This document shows positions 54,761 to 64,000 of a stretch of 64,000 bases of DNA, piece by piece (position 1 is the stretch's first letter; each line of letters begins with the position of its first letter). The translations under genes and the position numbers were made by a program. Below the pieces are notes generated by a model, which saw only the letters and a program-made list of their open reading frames with translations, had not been told where the DNA came from and ran no database searches. The DNA is from Thermoplasmata archaeon. Its GTDB lineage: Archaea > Thermoplasmatota > Thermoplasmata > Lutacidiplasmatales > UBA184. Location of the stretch: contig JAKIVR010000003.1 of NCBI GenBank assembly GCA_022750455.1, positions 4,457 to 68,456 of the forward strand, written 5' to 3'.

Positions 54761-55023
54761 CTCGTTTCGATTCCCGGATTTGCGCAGAAGCCCATTCCGC
54801 ACAGATATCACATTGGGCGCCAGAATCTCGTCATCCGCCGCGTAGGCCAGCGCCGTAGAGGCCGCCGACTATCTTGACATAGTGCCGCGTCTAGAAGAAG
54901 AGTACGACATTTCTCCCTCGGAGATGGGTCCGGAACCCCCGTTCGACACGGCACTACGCCGTGGACCACGACCTTGAGAAATCTTATCCCCCTTGGTGAG
55001 GAGTCGGGGTCGGAGGCGCAAAG

Positions 55024-58000
55024 ATGAGCGTCACATACGGTCTAGTTCCGTCCCGAGCGAACCCACGGCCAGTCCGCAACTCCGTCCGGGGGAAATCTGC
55101 CGCCATACTGATCGGCCTCGTGCTCGTGGGCACTCTGTTCGCGGGAGCCCTATCGAATGCGACTGCCGGCCGATCGATTGAGGTCCGAGTCTCCCCGGGA
55201 GGGGTGCCGTCAGCTCCCCCCAGTTCGCAAGCCAACGCCCGGCCTGTCCCCGCGTCGGGCGGCGTCGGTTCGGTGATCGCGACGCTCGACCTGGCCACGA
55301 ACCACCTCTTGCCGGGGAACCAGGCGCCCCCGGTCCAAGCCGGCCCCGAGATGGTGCTGTACGACGCCTCGAACGGCAACCTGTACGTGCGTGGGACCGA
55401 CGGCTCGACCATCAGTGTCGTGAACGCCTCGACCGACAAGGTACTGACCAGTCTCACCGTCGGGTTCGGCGGGAGCGCTTACGTTCCCAACGTCGCAACG
55501 ATCGCCGACGACCTGACCAACGGCAACCTCTACGAAGTGAATCCGATGCTCGAAACGGTGGGGGTCATCCAAACCTCCACGAACACGCTAACCACCACGA
55601 TCAATGTCCACGCCGGCGTCGAGGCGATCGTATTCGACCCGTCGAACGGGAACCTCTACACGACCAACTGGTACAGCGACAACGTCTCAGTGATCTCGGG
55701 AACCACCAACAAGGTCGTCGCCAGCATCCCCGTGGGAGGGGAGCCGGGCGCGATCTTGTACGACCCGAACGACACGGAAGTGTTCGTGTCGAACTTCCAC
55801 ACAGGCAACGTCTCCGTGATCAATACCACCACCGAGAGCGTCGTGGCGAATCCGAGGACCGGGGTCACGGGATCGGAACCGGTCGCCCTGACGTTGGACA
55901 CCGACGATGACCTGGTCAACGTCGTCGACTCGCTCACCGACAACGTCTCCGTCATCAACGGGAGCACGAATGCCGCGATGACCTCCGTCGCCGTGGGGTC
56001 GATTCCCACCTCTGCCACGTACGTGCCCTCCACGGACACGCTCCTGGTGGCGGACGGCGCCTCGGACAATGTCACGGTCATCCAGGAGCCCCAGGACAAG
56101 ACCATCGCGAGCATCGGGATCGGGCACGGAGCGCAGGGGGCCGCGTACGACCCGTCGAGCGGGTACGTCTACTTCGCAACGTACGGCGCCAACAATGTCA
56201 GCATCGTCAACCCGGCCACTAACGCCTGGGAGGCGGGCGTGGCCACGAGCAACTTCCCGGAGGACCTCGCCGTGGACACGAACAATGGCAACGTCTACGT
56301 CGCCAACCTGGGGACCGACGAGGTAGATTCGAACCTCACCGTCATCTCGGGATCGACCTCACTGCCGATCGCCTCCGTCCTCTTGGAGGCGTACCCGACC
56401 AGCCTGACCGCGGCCCCCAACGGCGACCTCTACGTGTCCGACTATGGCGGAGATCGCGCCGACATCATCTCGGAGTCGACGAACCTTGAGACCGGGATCG
56501 CCCCGGCGGCATCCCCGCAGCCGGGCGATTCGGCGTTCGATCCCGCCACGGACGACCTGTACCTGGTGAGCGGGCCGACGGGCGAGGTCAACGTGGACAA
56601 CGCAACGGGAGCTGTGGTGGCGACCCTCGGGCTCGGTTTCGATTCCCAGGGCGCCGTCTATGATCCGTCGAACGAACTGGTCTACGTTTCCAATTACTAC
56701 AGCGGGAACATCACGCTGATCTACGGATCCAACGAGACCGTCGACACGGTGATCGAAGTCGAACCGTTCGACAGCCTTGGCGCCGAGATCTTCGATCCCG
56801 TGGACTCCGCGGTGTACGTCGCGGACTACAACGAGCACAACGTGACCGTGGTCCACGGGTCGGCCACGACCGGCTCGATCCAGGTCGGAACCTACCCGAC
56901 GTCGTTTGCCTACGACCCGGTGAACGACACGATCTTTGTCGCCAACTACGGGTCGAACAACATCAGCGTCATCAACGCCTCGACCAACCAGGTGGTGGGG
57001 GCGATCTCGGGGTACTACCCCGAATACCTCGCGTACGACTCGGGCACGAACTCACTGTACGTGTCGACGGGGGAGAACGGACTGGTCGACGCGTTCAACG
57101 CGACGACGTACGCCCCCCTAGGGCCCGGGCTGGACATCTCGTCCTCGGTCCGATCCGGCGGCATCGCCTACAACGCCAGCTCGGGCGACCTGTACGTCTC
57201 GAACGAGTACGAAAGCTCCATCGCGATCATCTCGGACGTGAACGTGACCGATTACCCGGTCACTTTCTTCGAGAGCGGCCTCCCCGCGGGGACCTCCTGG
57301 AGTGTCACGTTGGCGGGCTATACCAATGAGTCGGTCGTCCCAGCGATCGAACTCGGCGGGGTCGGAGTCGGATTCGCCGAGCCAAACGGGACGTACCCGT
57401 TCACCGTGGGAGACGTTCCGGGCTACACCTCGAACCCCATCGGGGGGAATATGCATGTCGCGGGCGCTCCGGTCAACACGACGATCGTATTCTCCTCTCC
57501 TTCATCGGCTCCGAGCTATCCGGTCTGGTTCAATGAGACGGGACTCCCTCTCTCGACCTTCTGGGAGGTGACATTGGATTCGTCGGAGATGTCCACGGAC
57601 ACCCCCTCGATCCCGTTCTCCGAAGAGAACGGAAGCTACTCGTTCACCATCGGAGCGGTCACCGGGTATACTTCGAACCGTACCTCGGGTCCCCTGGACG
57701 TCTCCGGCGCACCCGTCACCGTGGACGTTGGCTTCACGTCCGTCGCCGCGTCGTACTCCGTCACGTTCCGAGAGACCGGGTTGCCCTCGTCCACCTCGTG
57801 GAGCGTCACATTGAGCGGTCAACTGGAGAGTTCGACGACGACATCGATCCCTTTCACCGAGGGGAACGGATCGCTCCCGTTCACGGTCGGCGCGGTCACC
57901 GGTTACTCCGCCACTCCCGGCGCGGGGTCCGTGCTCGTCCACGGCGCGGCGGCGACCGAGAACATCACTTTCGCCCTGACGCAGGTACCTCCCTTGACCG

Positions 58001-58437
58001 TCGGTCTGTCAGGAACTCCCGCCTCATTCGGGATCGGCGGCTCGACGACGTTGACCACGACGGCGACCGGGGGGACCGCTCCGTACGGCTACTCGTACTC
58101 GGGGCTCCCGGCCGGGTGTGCCTCGACCGCCTCCAGTTTTGTGTGTACCCCGACCTCGACAGGAGAATTCAACGTGACCGTGACCGTCACGGACGCGTCC
58201 TCGCGGACCGCTCACGCAAGCACGACCGTGACGGTCGAATCCCTCGGCTCGACGGTCCCCACGACCGTCGCCTCGAGCTCCACGAACTACGGCCTCTGGA
58301 TCGCCATCGCCGTTCTCGTCGCCATCGGAGCGATGCTGTTCTTCTTCATCGTCTACCGCCGCCACCGCCGGAAGGAGGAGGAGGCCGCTTCGGCCGCGCG
58401 CGCCGCGTCGCTCACTCCCCCCCCACCGCCCCCCTAG
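55024..58437 (+). CDS. YVTN/YncE-type double beta-propeller surface protein with Thermoplasmata-type stalk repeats and TM anchor
   Basis: Many P..[AF]YDP.N..[LV]YV.N..S.NVSVI repeats; three Y.V.F.E[ST]GLP..T.W.VTL repeats; PKD-like domain; TM followed by RRHRRK. Confidence 0.88.
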   Translation: MSVTYGLVPSRANPRPVRNSVRGKSAAILIGLVLVGTLFAGALSNATAGRSIEVRVSPGGVPSAPPSSQANARPVPASGGVGSVIATLDLATNHLLPGNQAPPVQAGPEMVLYDASNGNLYVRGTDGSTISVVNASTDKVLTSLTVGFGGSAYVPNVATIADDLTNGNLYEVNPMLETVGVIQTSTNTLTTTINVHAGVEAIVFDPSNGNLYTTNWYSDNVSVISGTTNKVVASIPVGGEPGAILYDPNDTEVFVSNFHTGNVSVINTTTESVVANPRTGVTGSEPVALTLDTDDDLVNVVDSLTDNVSVINGSTNAAMTSVAVGSIPTSATYVPSTDTLLVADGASDNVTVIQEPQDKTIASIGIGHGAQGAAYDPSSGYVYFATYGANNVSIVNPATNAWEAGVATSNFPEDLAVDTNNGNVYVANLGTDEVDSNLTVISGSTSLPIASVLLEAYPTSLTAAPNGDLYVSDYGGDRADIISESTNLETGIAPAASPQPGDSAFDPATDDLYLVSGPTGEVNVDNATGAVVATLGLGFDSQGAVYDPSNELVYVSNYYSGNITLIYGSNETVDTVIEVEPFDSLGAEIFDPVDSAVYVADYNEHNVTVVHGSATTGSIQVGTYPTSFAYDPVNDTIFVANYGSNNISVINASTNQVVGAISGYYPEYLAYDSGTNSLYVSTGENGLVDAFNATTYAPLGPGLDISSSVRSGGIAYNASSGDLYVSNEYESSIAIISDVNVTDYPVTFFESGLPAGTSWSVTLAGYTNESVVPAIELGGVGVGFAEPNGTYPFTVGDVPGYTSNPIGGNMHVAGAPVNTTIVFSSPSSAPSYPVWFNETGLPLSTFWEVTLDSSEMSTDTPSIPFSEENGSYSFTIGAVTGYTSNRTSGPLDVSGAPVTVDVGFTSVAASYSVTFRETGLPSSTSWSVTLSGQLESSTTTSIPFTEGNGSLPFTVGAVTGYSATPGAGSVLVHGAAATENITFALTQVPPLTVGLSGTPASFGIGGSTTLTTTATGGTAPYGYSYSGLPAGCASTASSFVCTPTSTGEFNVTVTVTDASSRTAHASTTVTVESLGSTVPTTVASSSTNYGLWIAIAVLVAIGAMLFFFIVYRRHRRKEEEAASAARAASLTPPPPPP

Positions 58438-58515
58438 GGGAGAATCGTGGCTGGACCCCGATCCACTCGGACTGGTCGTCCGGCCCGGGGCGGTGGATCG
58501 GGACGGTCGACCGTC

Positions 58516-58782
58516 CTAGGAGCGACGGGGAATGTCGATCGGAGGGATCTCGCTCAGGATCTCCCTTCGCATGAGTTCGTGGAGCTTGTCCCGAGCCGCC
58601 TCCAGTTTGTCCAACTGGTCTGCGTAGGCGTCCTTGGCCGCGCGGACGCGCTCCGCGTCCGCCGGGGCCTTCGACTTCTGAAACTGATCTTCGGCCTCAT
58701 GGACGCGTTGGAGAAACACCCGAAGATCCTCTTCGATCGCCTCCGCGTCCTCGCGGGCCGTTTCGACCTCCTCGCGCGTCAT
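58516..58782 (-). CDS. Small helical/coiled-coil protein (88 aa)
   Basis: ATG 58782; charged heptad pattern. Confidence 0.6.
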   Translation of the reverse strand: MTREEVETAREDAEAIEEDLRVFLQRVHEAEDQFQKSKAPADAERVRAAKDAYADQLDKLEAARDKLHELMRREILSEIPPIDIPRRS

Positions 58783-58897
58783 TCGGCCGCCCACTGTCGC
58801 CAAGGGTAATAGGGCTGACCTAGACGGGACCGGGCCGTCCGGATCGCCTCGGCGGCAGGCCTATCTACTAGGAGGGAATCGCCGACATCTGAGCACC

Positions 58898-60313
58898 ATG
58901 ACGGAGCAATCTCTATCGGCCGCAACGCCCCCCGGCCCGGCCGGAACCCCGATGCCCCCTCCCAGCGGAATGCCTCCCCCGGCCGGGTACGCCCCGCCGG
59001 GAACGGATCCCAATCAACCGCCCACGAACTGGTCGCAGCCACCCACCGGCCAATGGGGTGGCGCGCCCCCTCCCAAGAAGGGGATGCTCTCCGGCAAGAT
59101 GCTGTACGTTGTCATCGCGGTCATCGCCATCGTGGTGATTGTGGTCCTCGCCGCCGTCCTGCTCTCCGGCGTCGCATCGAACAACAACAACTCGAACTCC
59201 TCCTCGGCCCAAGCGAGCACCTACTCGAAGGCCTCCAGCCAAGCGAGTTCGTACGCGGCGAGCTACCCTGGGGGCCCCTGGAAGCCTTGGATCGCCGGGG
59301 GCGTCACGACCAACACGGCGGGCACGTCCCCGCCCATCAATTCGAGCGAATTTGATTCGTTCCCCTCGTCCGCTGGCTGCTCCGTCCACCTGCTCGTGGC
59401 GAGCGGGACCACCTACACGGTCCCGGCCATCTCCGGGAACTTGAGCTCCGGCGCGTCCCCCTACTGGGTCTTCTGGTTCCTCAACGCCTCGGGGATCCTG
59501 TTCGTGACCGATTCCGGCGGGACCATCACTCCCCTGCTAACGATCGACTGTGCCTCGTTCAGCACCTTTTCGAGCTTCATCACCCCGATCCCCTCGACGG
59601 TCATTGACAGCAGCGCCGCGGTGCAGACGGCGTGGGGAGCCGGCGGGGCGGCGTTCACGACCAAGAATCCGGACTCGACGGTCTCCATGCTCCTGACGGG
59701 CGGCGAGAGCATCGATGGATTCTCGGTCGCCCCGAGCTGGACCATCACCTACCAGGCGTGCAACCCGACGACCGCCAGCACGGCGCAGGTGGCGACCTTC
59801 ACGGCCGACATCAACGCCTCGGCTTCTACCAAGAACCTCATCTCGGCCTCCAACTCCACGGGGGCTTGCACGGCGAACGCCGATATCTCGGGCGGCGGGG
59901 GCGGTCTCGGTGGGGGCGGCAGCACCACCACGACGCTCTCCTCGGAGCTCGGGTTCGGGACCCCGGCCGTGGGGACCCCACCGTCCGCGGGGACCTATGC
60001 GTACACCATTTCGATCACCGATGCATCGGGCGGCCTGACCTGGGGGAGCCTATTGGCCACGGTCGACACCTCGGCCGGGGGGACGTACGTCTACGTCGGG
60101 AACGGGAACCTGACGGTCGATAACATCCTCGGGACCGCCGTCGCGGTGTTCAACTTGAGCACCGATAGTTGGACCTTGGGATCGACCGTCTCGATCTCGA
60201 CGACGCAGAGCTTGGTACTGTACTCCGGGATCCAGAACATCTCGGGGGACACGCTGTCGTTCATCTCCGAATCGACGAGCCCCTCGGGTTCCGTGTACGT
60301 CAACAACCTGTAG
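58898..60313 (+). CDS. Type II membrane surface protein (Pro-rich cytoplasmic N-terminus, TM, extracellular domains), paralog 1
   Basis: Pro-rich head, VVIAVIAIVVIVVLAAVLL TM, Ser/Thr-rich ectodomain, Gly linker. Confidence 0.8.
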   Translation: MTEQSLSAATPPGPAGTPMPPPSGMPPPAGYAPPGTDPNQPPTNWSQPPTGQWGGAPPPKKGMLSGKMLYVVIAVIAIVVIVVLAAVLLSGVASNNNNSNSSSAQASTYSKASSQASSYAASYPGGPWKPWIAGGVTTNTAGTSPPINSSEFDSFPSSAGCSVHLLVASGTTYTVPAISGNLSSGASPYWVFWFLNASGILFVTDSGGTITPLLTIDCASFSTFSSFITPIPSTVIDSSAAVQTAWGAGGAAFTTKNPDSTVSMLLTGGESIDGFSVAPSWTITYQACNPTTASTAQVATFTADINASASTKNLISASNSTGACTANADISGGGGGLGGGGSTTTTLSSELGFGTPAVGTPPSAGTYAYTISITDASGGLTWGSLLATVDTSAGGTYVYVGNGNLTVDNILGTAVAVFNLSTDSWTLGSTVSISTTQSLVLYSGIQNISGDTLSFISESTSPSGSVYVNNL

Positions 60314-60471
60314 GCGGGTTCCCCGCGCTCTCGGACCCACGCCACCCGGCCGTTGGGGCCACGCCGTCGCCGTAGAAAGTGTCCTCGAGCCGGAGCGCCA
60401 CTCCCCCGAACCCTCCCGGGACAAGCTTCGGTGACACGCGTATCTACTCGACAGGCCTCCAAGGGGTTGGT

Positions 60472-61857
60472 GTGAACGTGAGCTCGCCCGACCCGACCGC
60501 ATCGAACGTGCCGGGCCCCGAGGGTCCCCCCGGGCCTCCTCCGGCTTGGGGTCCGGCTGCACCCGGCGCGCCGCCACCTGCCGGTCCGTGGGGGGCTGCC
60601 CCGGCCCAGCCGCCCCGGCGGAGGTGGGGAATCGCGGTCGGCGCGATCGTGGTCGTTGTCGTGGTGATCCTCGCGGTGCTCTTGCTTGCCGGGGCGTTCT
60701 CCTCCAACAAGTCCAACGGTACCATCGCCGACCCAACGTTCTCCCAAGCGGCCGATGCCGTGAAAGAGTGGGCGGCGAATTACGACGGCGGAGGCTGGAA
60801 GACGTTCGTCGCCAGTGGCCTGGATTCATCCGTGGCCACCATCTCTCCACCCATCAATGGCAGTACGCTCTCCGGGCTCACCAAGAGCGAATCCTGCATG
60901 GACAACATCCTGATCCCGTCCGGGAGCACCGTGACCCTGCCCGCGTACTCCGGAAACGTGAGCTCGGGAGAGTCCCCGATCTGGGTGTTCGTGATGTTCA
61001 ACTCCAGCGCCACGTTCCTGGCCGTGGAGGACAACAGTGGCACCATCACCCCGCTAGCGACGATCGCCTGCTCGGAGCTCGCGTTGGTCGCGGCGATTCT
61101 CTCCCCGATCCCTTCCAACGTCATCGATAGCAGCGCGGCCGCCACGACCGCCTGGGACTCCGGGGGCCGGGCCTTTGCCGCTCTGAACCCGAACGCGACG
61201 GTGGAGATGGGCCTCGTCTCCGGCCTCAGTCTGCTCGGAACCACCACGTACCCGATATGGACGGTGACGTACCAAGCGTGCAATCCGAGCTCGGTCACGA
61301 CCTCCCCGGTCGCCACCTTCACCGCGGAGGTCAACGCCACCCTGTCGAGCCAGAACCTGATCTCCGCCAACAACACCACGTCGGCGTGCGGAGTGGTCCC
61401 GGAGCTATCGAGCAGCGGACTCGGAGGCATCGGGGGGATCGGCGGAGTGGGAGGGAACGGCGGAACGATCCCGCTGAGCTCGGACATTAGCTTCGGGACC
61501 CCGCTTCCGGCCGTCTCGAGTACCGGGCAGTACTCCTACACCCTGCTCGTGACGAGCGCGATGACGAGCGCGTCGGCGGTCGTCGACTGGGACGAGCTCG
61601 CTCCGCTCCTGGAGTACTCGAATGGAACTCTGATCTTCCTTCCGACAGGCAATCTGACCGTCGACAACGTCTACGGCGTCGCCAGTGCCGTGTACAATTT
61701 CTCGGGGTTCGGTTGGGATCCGGGGGCGTATCTTCCGATCACGACCAGCCAAGAACTCGTTGTCAACTCCGGAACCATGGACATGTCCGGGGATCGTTTG
61801 GTGCTCGAATCGCTCGCGTTCGGCGTCACGGGGAATGTGACGATCCCCGACCTCTAA
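60472..61857 (+). CDS. Type II membrane surface protein, paralog 2
   Basis: ORF from 60379 with likely GTG start 60472 or 60478; shares PIPS.VIDSSAA...AW..GG.AF...NP, WT.TYQACNP, VATFTA..NA, NLISA.N, GNLTVDN with paralog 1. Confidence 0.8.
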   Translation: MNVSSPDPTASNVPGPEGPPGPPPAWGPAAPGAPPPAGPWGAAPAQPPRRRWGIAVGAIVVVVVVILAVLLLAGAFSSNKSNGTIADPTFSQAADAVKEWAANYDGGGWKTFVASGLDSSVATISPPINGSTLSGLTKSESCMDNILIPSGSTVTLPAYSGNVSSGESPIWVFVMFNSSATFLAVEDNSGTITPLATIACSELALVAAILSPIPSNVIDSSAAATTAWDSGGRAFAALNPNATVEMGLVSGLSLLGTTTYPIWTVTYQACNPSSVTTSPVATFTAEVNATLSSQNLISANNTTSACGVVPELSSSGLGGIGGIGGVGGNGGTIPLSSDISFGTPLPAVSSTGQYSYTLLVTSAMTSASAVVDWDELAPLLEYSNGTLIFLPTGNLTVDNVYGVASAVYNFSGFGWDPGAYLPITTSQELVVNSGTMDMSGDRLVLESLAFGVTGNVTIPDL

Positions 61858-61966
61858 GGGGCGCGAAGGGGCCGCGACGGGCGTCGCGGGGACGTCGACG
61901 TCCGACGTCGCGCCGAGCGGGACGGGCTATGTAATCGTCCTCCCGTATCCCCGGCGTCCGGCATCC

Positions 61967-63037
61967 ATGCGGCTCCTCCATCACGACCGAACGACGGGAG
62001 AGTACCGGCTCCGGATCGAGACGCCGAGCGATCTCTGGCGCCTCGCCCGATTCATCCGGGTCGGGGAGTCGGTCGGTTCTTACACCACCCGTCGGGACCC
62101 GGAGGCGCCGCAAGACACCCCCTCGGCCCAGAAGGAGCGACGTAGTGTCTGGCTCGGAGTGCGAGCCGAGCAGGTGGAGTTCCACGGATTCTCCCATCAC
62201 GTCCGGATCACCGGACCGATTGTCGCCGGGCCGTTCGACCTGGGTCGCCACCACACGCTCGACGTGGCGGAGGGGGATGAGGTCACGATCCTCAAACCAT
62301 CCCCGACGGCCGCGGAACGCTCGCTGCTCGAGGAAGGAACGAAGGGGCACGACGACCCGGTGCTGATCATCGCGGCCGTCGACTGGGGGGACTCGGCGAT
62401 CGTCCGACTCCGCGGTCGCTCCGTGGAGCCCGTCGCCGAGCTCCGCCGCGCGCTCGGGGGAAAGCAGTACGCGGGCACGACGTCGACCCGGGACCGCGGG
62501 AAGTACGTCGAGGAGCTGATCGAGCTGCTCCAACGGACCGCCGAGAACGCTCAGGCGATCGTCATCGCCGGGCCGGGATTCCTCAAGGAGGAGCTCGCTA
62601 AGCAGCTCCTCGAGAAGGATCCGAAGCTCAAGCCGAAGGTGAAGCTCCTCCCCACGGCCGAGTCGGGAGGTTCCGGGGTCCACGAGCTCCTGCGATCGGG
62701 CCGGGCGAGCGAGGTGCTCCGCGGCAGCGTGGCCGCCGAGGAATCGAACCTCCTGGAACGGTGGGTGACGGGGATGGCCGGGACCCGCCTCTCCGCGATC
62801 GGGCTCGAGGAGGTCTCGGGGGCGTTGGCCGCGGGCGCCGTGGAAACGCTCCTCATCCTTGACACGCGGTTGACGGATGCCGCGTTGAAGGAACTGCTCC
62901 AGATGGCCGATCAGCAGAAGACCCGCTTGTTCATCGTACGCGACGACGGGGCGACCGGGGATCGGCTTCGCGCCCTCGGTGGCGTGGGCGCTCTGCTTCG
63001 ATATCCGTGGAGCCGAGTGGACCGGGCCGCCGCGTGA
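61967..63037 (+). CDS. pelA: Pelota/Dom34 ribosome rescue factor
   Basis: DLWRL...GE.V...T.R, RITGPI, G.HHTL, IAGPGF.K, G.HELL, GAVETLL, L.ALGGVGALLRY. Confidence 0.93.
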   Translation: MRLLHHDRTTGEYRLRIETPSDLWRLARFIRVGESVGSYTTRRDPEAPQDTPSAQKERRSVWLGVRAEQVEFHGFSHHVRITGPIVAGPFDLGRHHTLDVAEGDEVTILKPSPTAAERSLLEEGTKGHDDPVLIIAAVDWGDSAIVRLRGRSVEPVAELRRALGGKQYAGTTSTRDRGKYVEELIELLQRTAENAQAIVIAGPGFLKEELAKQLLEKDPKLKPKVKLLPTAESGGSGVHELLRSGRASEVLRGSVAAEESNLLERWVTGMAGTRLSAIGLEEVSGALAAGAVETLLILDTRLTDAALKELLQMADQQKTRLFIVRDDGATGDRLRALGGVGALLRYPWSRVDRAAA

Positions 63038-63047
63038 GCGCCGCCGT

Positions 63048-63905
63048 TCAGGCGATCGCCTGGACCTGCTCGCGCAGCTCTTCGTAGCGGCGCTTCAAGT
63101 CCTTGACGGCGTAGCGGAACGTCTCCCGCGCGGTCAGGCTGCCGTCGGTGTCGAACCGCAGGAAGAAGTCATCGTCCGCGAGCTTGACCTGGAGCGAGCC
63201 GTGTTCGCACAGCTTCTGCGAGGCGATCAGGCGGACCGCGTTCTCGGGGTCGCTCTCGCCCGTGTACTCGAGCTTCCCGCCCTTGAACGTGAGGAGTCCG
63301 GACGGGGAGGCGTCCGCCATGCGCTTCAAGCAGGTGTCGGAGCAACCGGCCTTCTTCTGGATCTTGATCTCGGCGCGCGGGGACATCCCTGCCGCATGGG
63401 CGACTTGCCACTTGGCGTGCTCTCGGCCGCTGCCGACGATGGCCGTGGCGTAGGCGAGGAGCGCCTGACGGGCGCCCAGGCGCACGATCGGCACGTCGGG
63501 CTCGAGGATCGCCAGCGTCGCGTCGCCGAGAGGGATCACGTCGCGCGCGTAAACGGTGCACGGGCCCTTCTTGTCGACGGAGAACATCACTTGGCAGTGG
63601 GGGCAGCCTTCGCCCTTGCACGTGCACTCCGACTTGCGGCGGAACTGCCCGAGGTCGGTGGGGATCGGGAGCAGGCCCATGCGCATGGCGACGGCCTCGT
63701 CGAACATGCTCGTGGACGAGTCGTAGTCCTTGCCCGTCGCCTCGTCCCGGATCGGTCCCAGGTGGAACTCAACGTCCTCGATCGCGAGCTTGGGCACGTC
63801 GGAGAGGAGCGTGCGTCGAATCGCATTCACCTCGGAGGGAAGGAGGCCCGTGAGTTCGGCCCTCAGGCGCCGGGGCTTCAGTTCGGTGAGCTTGATCTCG
63901 ACCAC
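63048..63905 (-). CDS. rpoD: DNA-directed RNA polymerase subunit D (Rpo3)
   Basis: NAIRRTLLSDVPKLAIEDV, TSMFDE....MGLLP, C.C...GCP.C, GP..VYA, IVRL...Q, G.GREHAKW, DGSL. Confidence 0.95.
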   Translation of the reverse strand: MVEIKLTELKPRRLRAELTGLLPSEVNAIRRTLLSDVPKLAIEDVEFHLGPIRDEATGKDYDSSTSMFDEAVAMRMGLLPIPTDLGQFRRKSECTCKGEGCPHCQVMFSVDKKGPCTVYARDVIPLGDATLAILEPDVPIVRLGARQALLAYATAIVGSGREHAKWQVAHAAGMSPRAEIKIQKKAGCSDTCLKRMADASPSGLLTFKGGKLEYTGESDPENAVRLIASQKLCEHGSLQVKLADDDFFLRFDTDGSLTARETFRYAVKDLKRRYEELREQVQAIA

Positions 63906-63908
63906 GGC

Positions 63909-64000
63909 TCAGACCCGCCGGCCGCGGCGGCCTCCCTTCGGCTTCGTCCCGTCGTGGGGCAGCGGGGTCACATCTTCGATGCGCTGGATCTTGATGCCGG
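63909..64000 (-). CDS. rps11: 30S ribosomal protein S11 (uS11), C-terminal fragment
   Basis: Hand translation ...GIKIQRIEDVTPLPHDGTKPKGGRRGRRV*; upstream of rpoD as in the conserved archaeal operon. Confidence 0.93.
   Translation of the reverse strand, partial: GIKIQRIEDVTPLPHDGTKPKGGRRGRRV

Noticed and set aside
55024-58437. Thermopsin protease call for the YVTN protein
   Set aside because: Only the stalk repeats often attached to thermopsins are present; no thermopsin catalytic domain was seen

Overview
High-GC archaeal chromosomal window. Tes-type radical SAM, Dph5, TrmY, pelota, Rpo3/rps11, Orc1/Cdc6, Hef and a Thermoplasmata-type DUF6015-like protein point to Thermoplasmata (taxonomy is inference). 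No rRNA, tRNA, CRISPR array, transposase or integrase was seen. The first 20 kb is a cell-surface cluster. Its best novel-system candidate is a tightly coupled operon (1328-9508): two paralogous membrane-anchored surface proteins with an identical-length cytoplasmic tail (W-x4-RAK-x5-[KR]R[IV]TL-stop), a polytopic membrane protein fused to tandem Cdc48-like AAA+ domains, and a small 2-TM protein. Large Cys-repeat/PKD, Asp-box propeller and PKD surface proteins flank orc1/cdc6. The rest is mostly housekeeping with several oddities: a methanogen-type Zn SerRS, a kdpFAB(C)-USP operon with an unannotated kdpF, an altered KdpA filter and a KdpC reduced to its TM helix, a pseudo-receiver, a ubiX / thiolase / degenerate HMGS-DUF35 cluster, a tandem-RHH cdrS-like gene with an FtsZ lacking the T7 catalytic Asp, candidate PadR and RHH operators, and tandem PepSY/pilin-like paralogs. 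All calls come from motif recognition by eye; no database searches were run.
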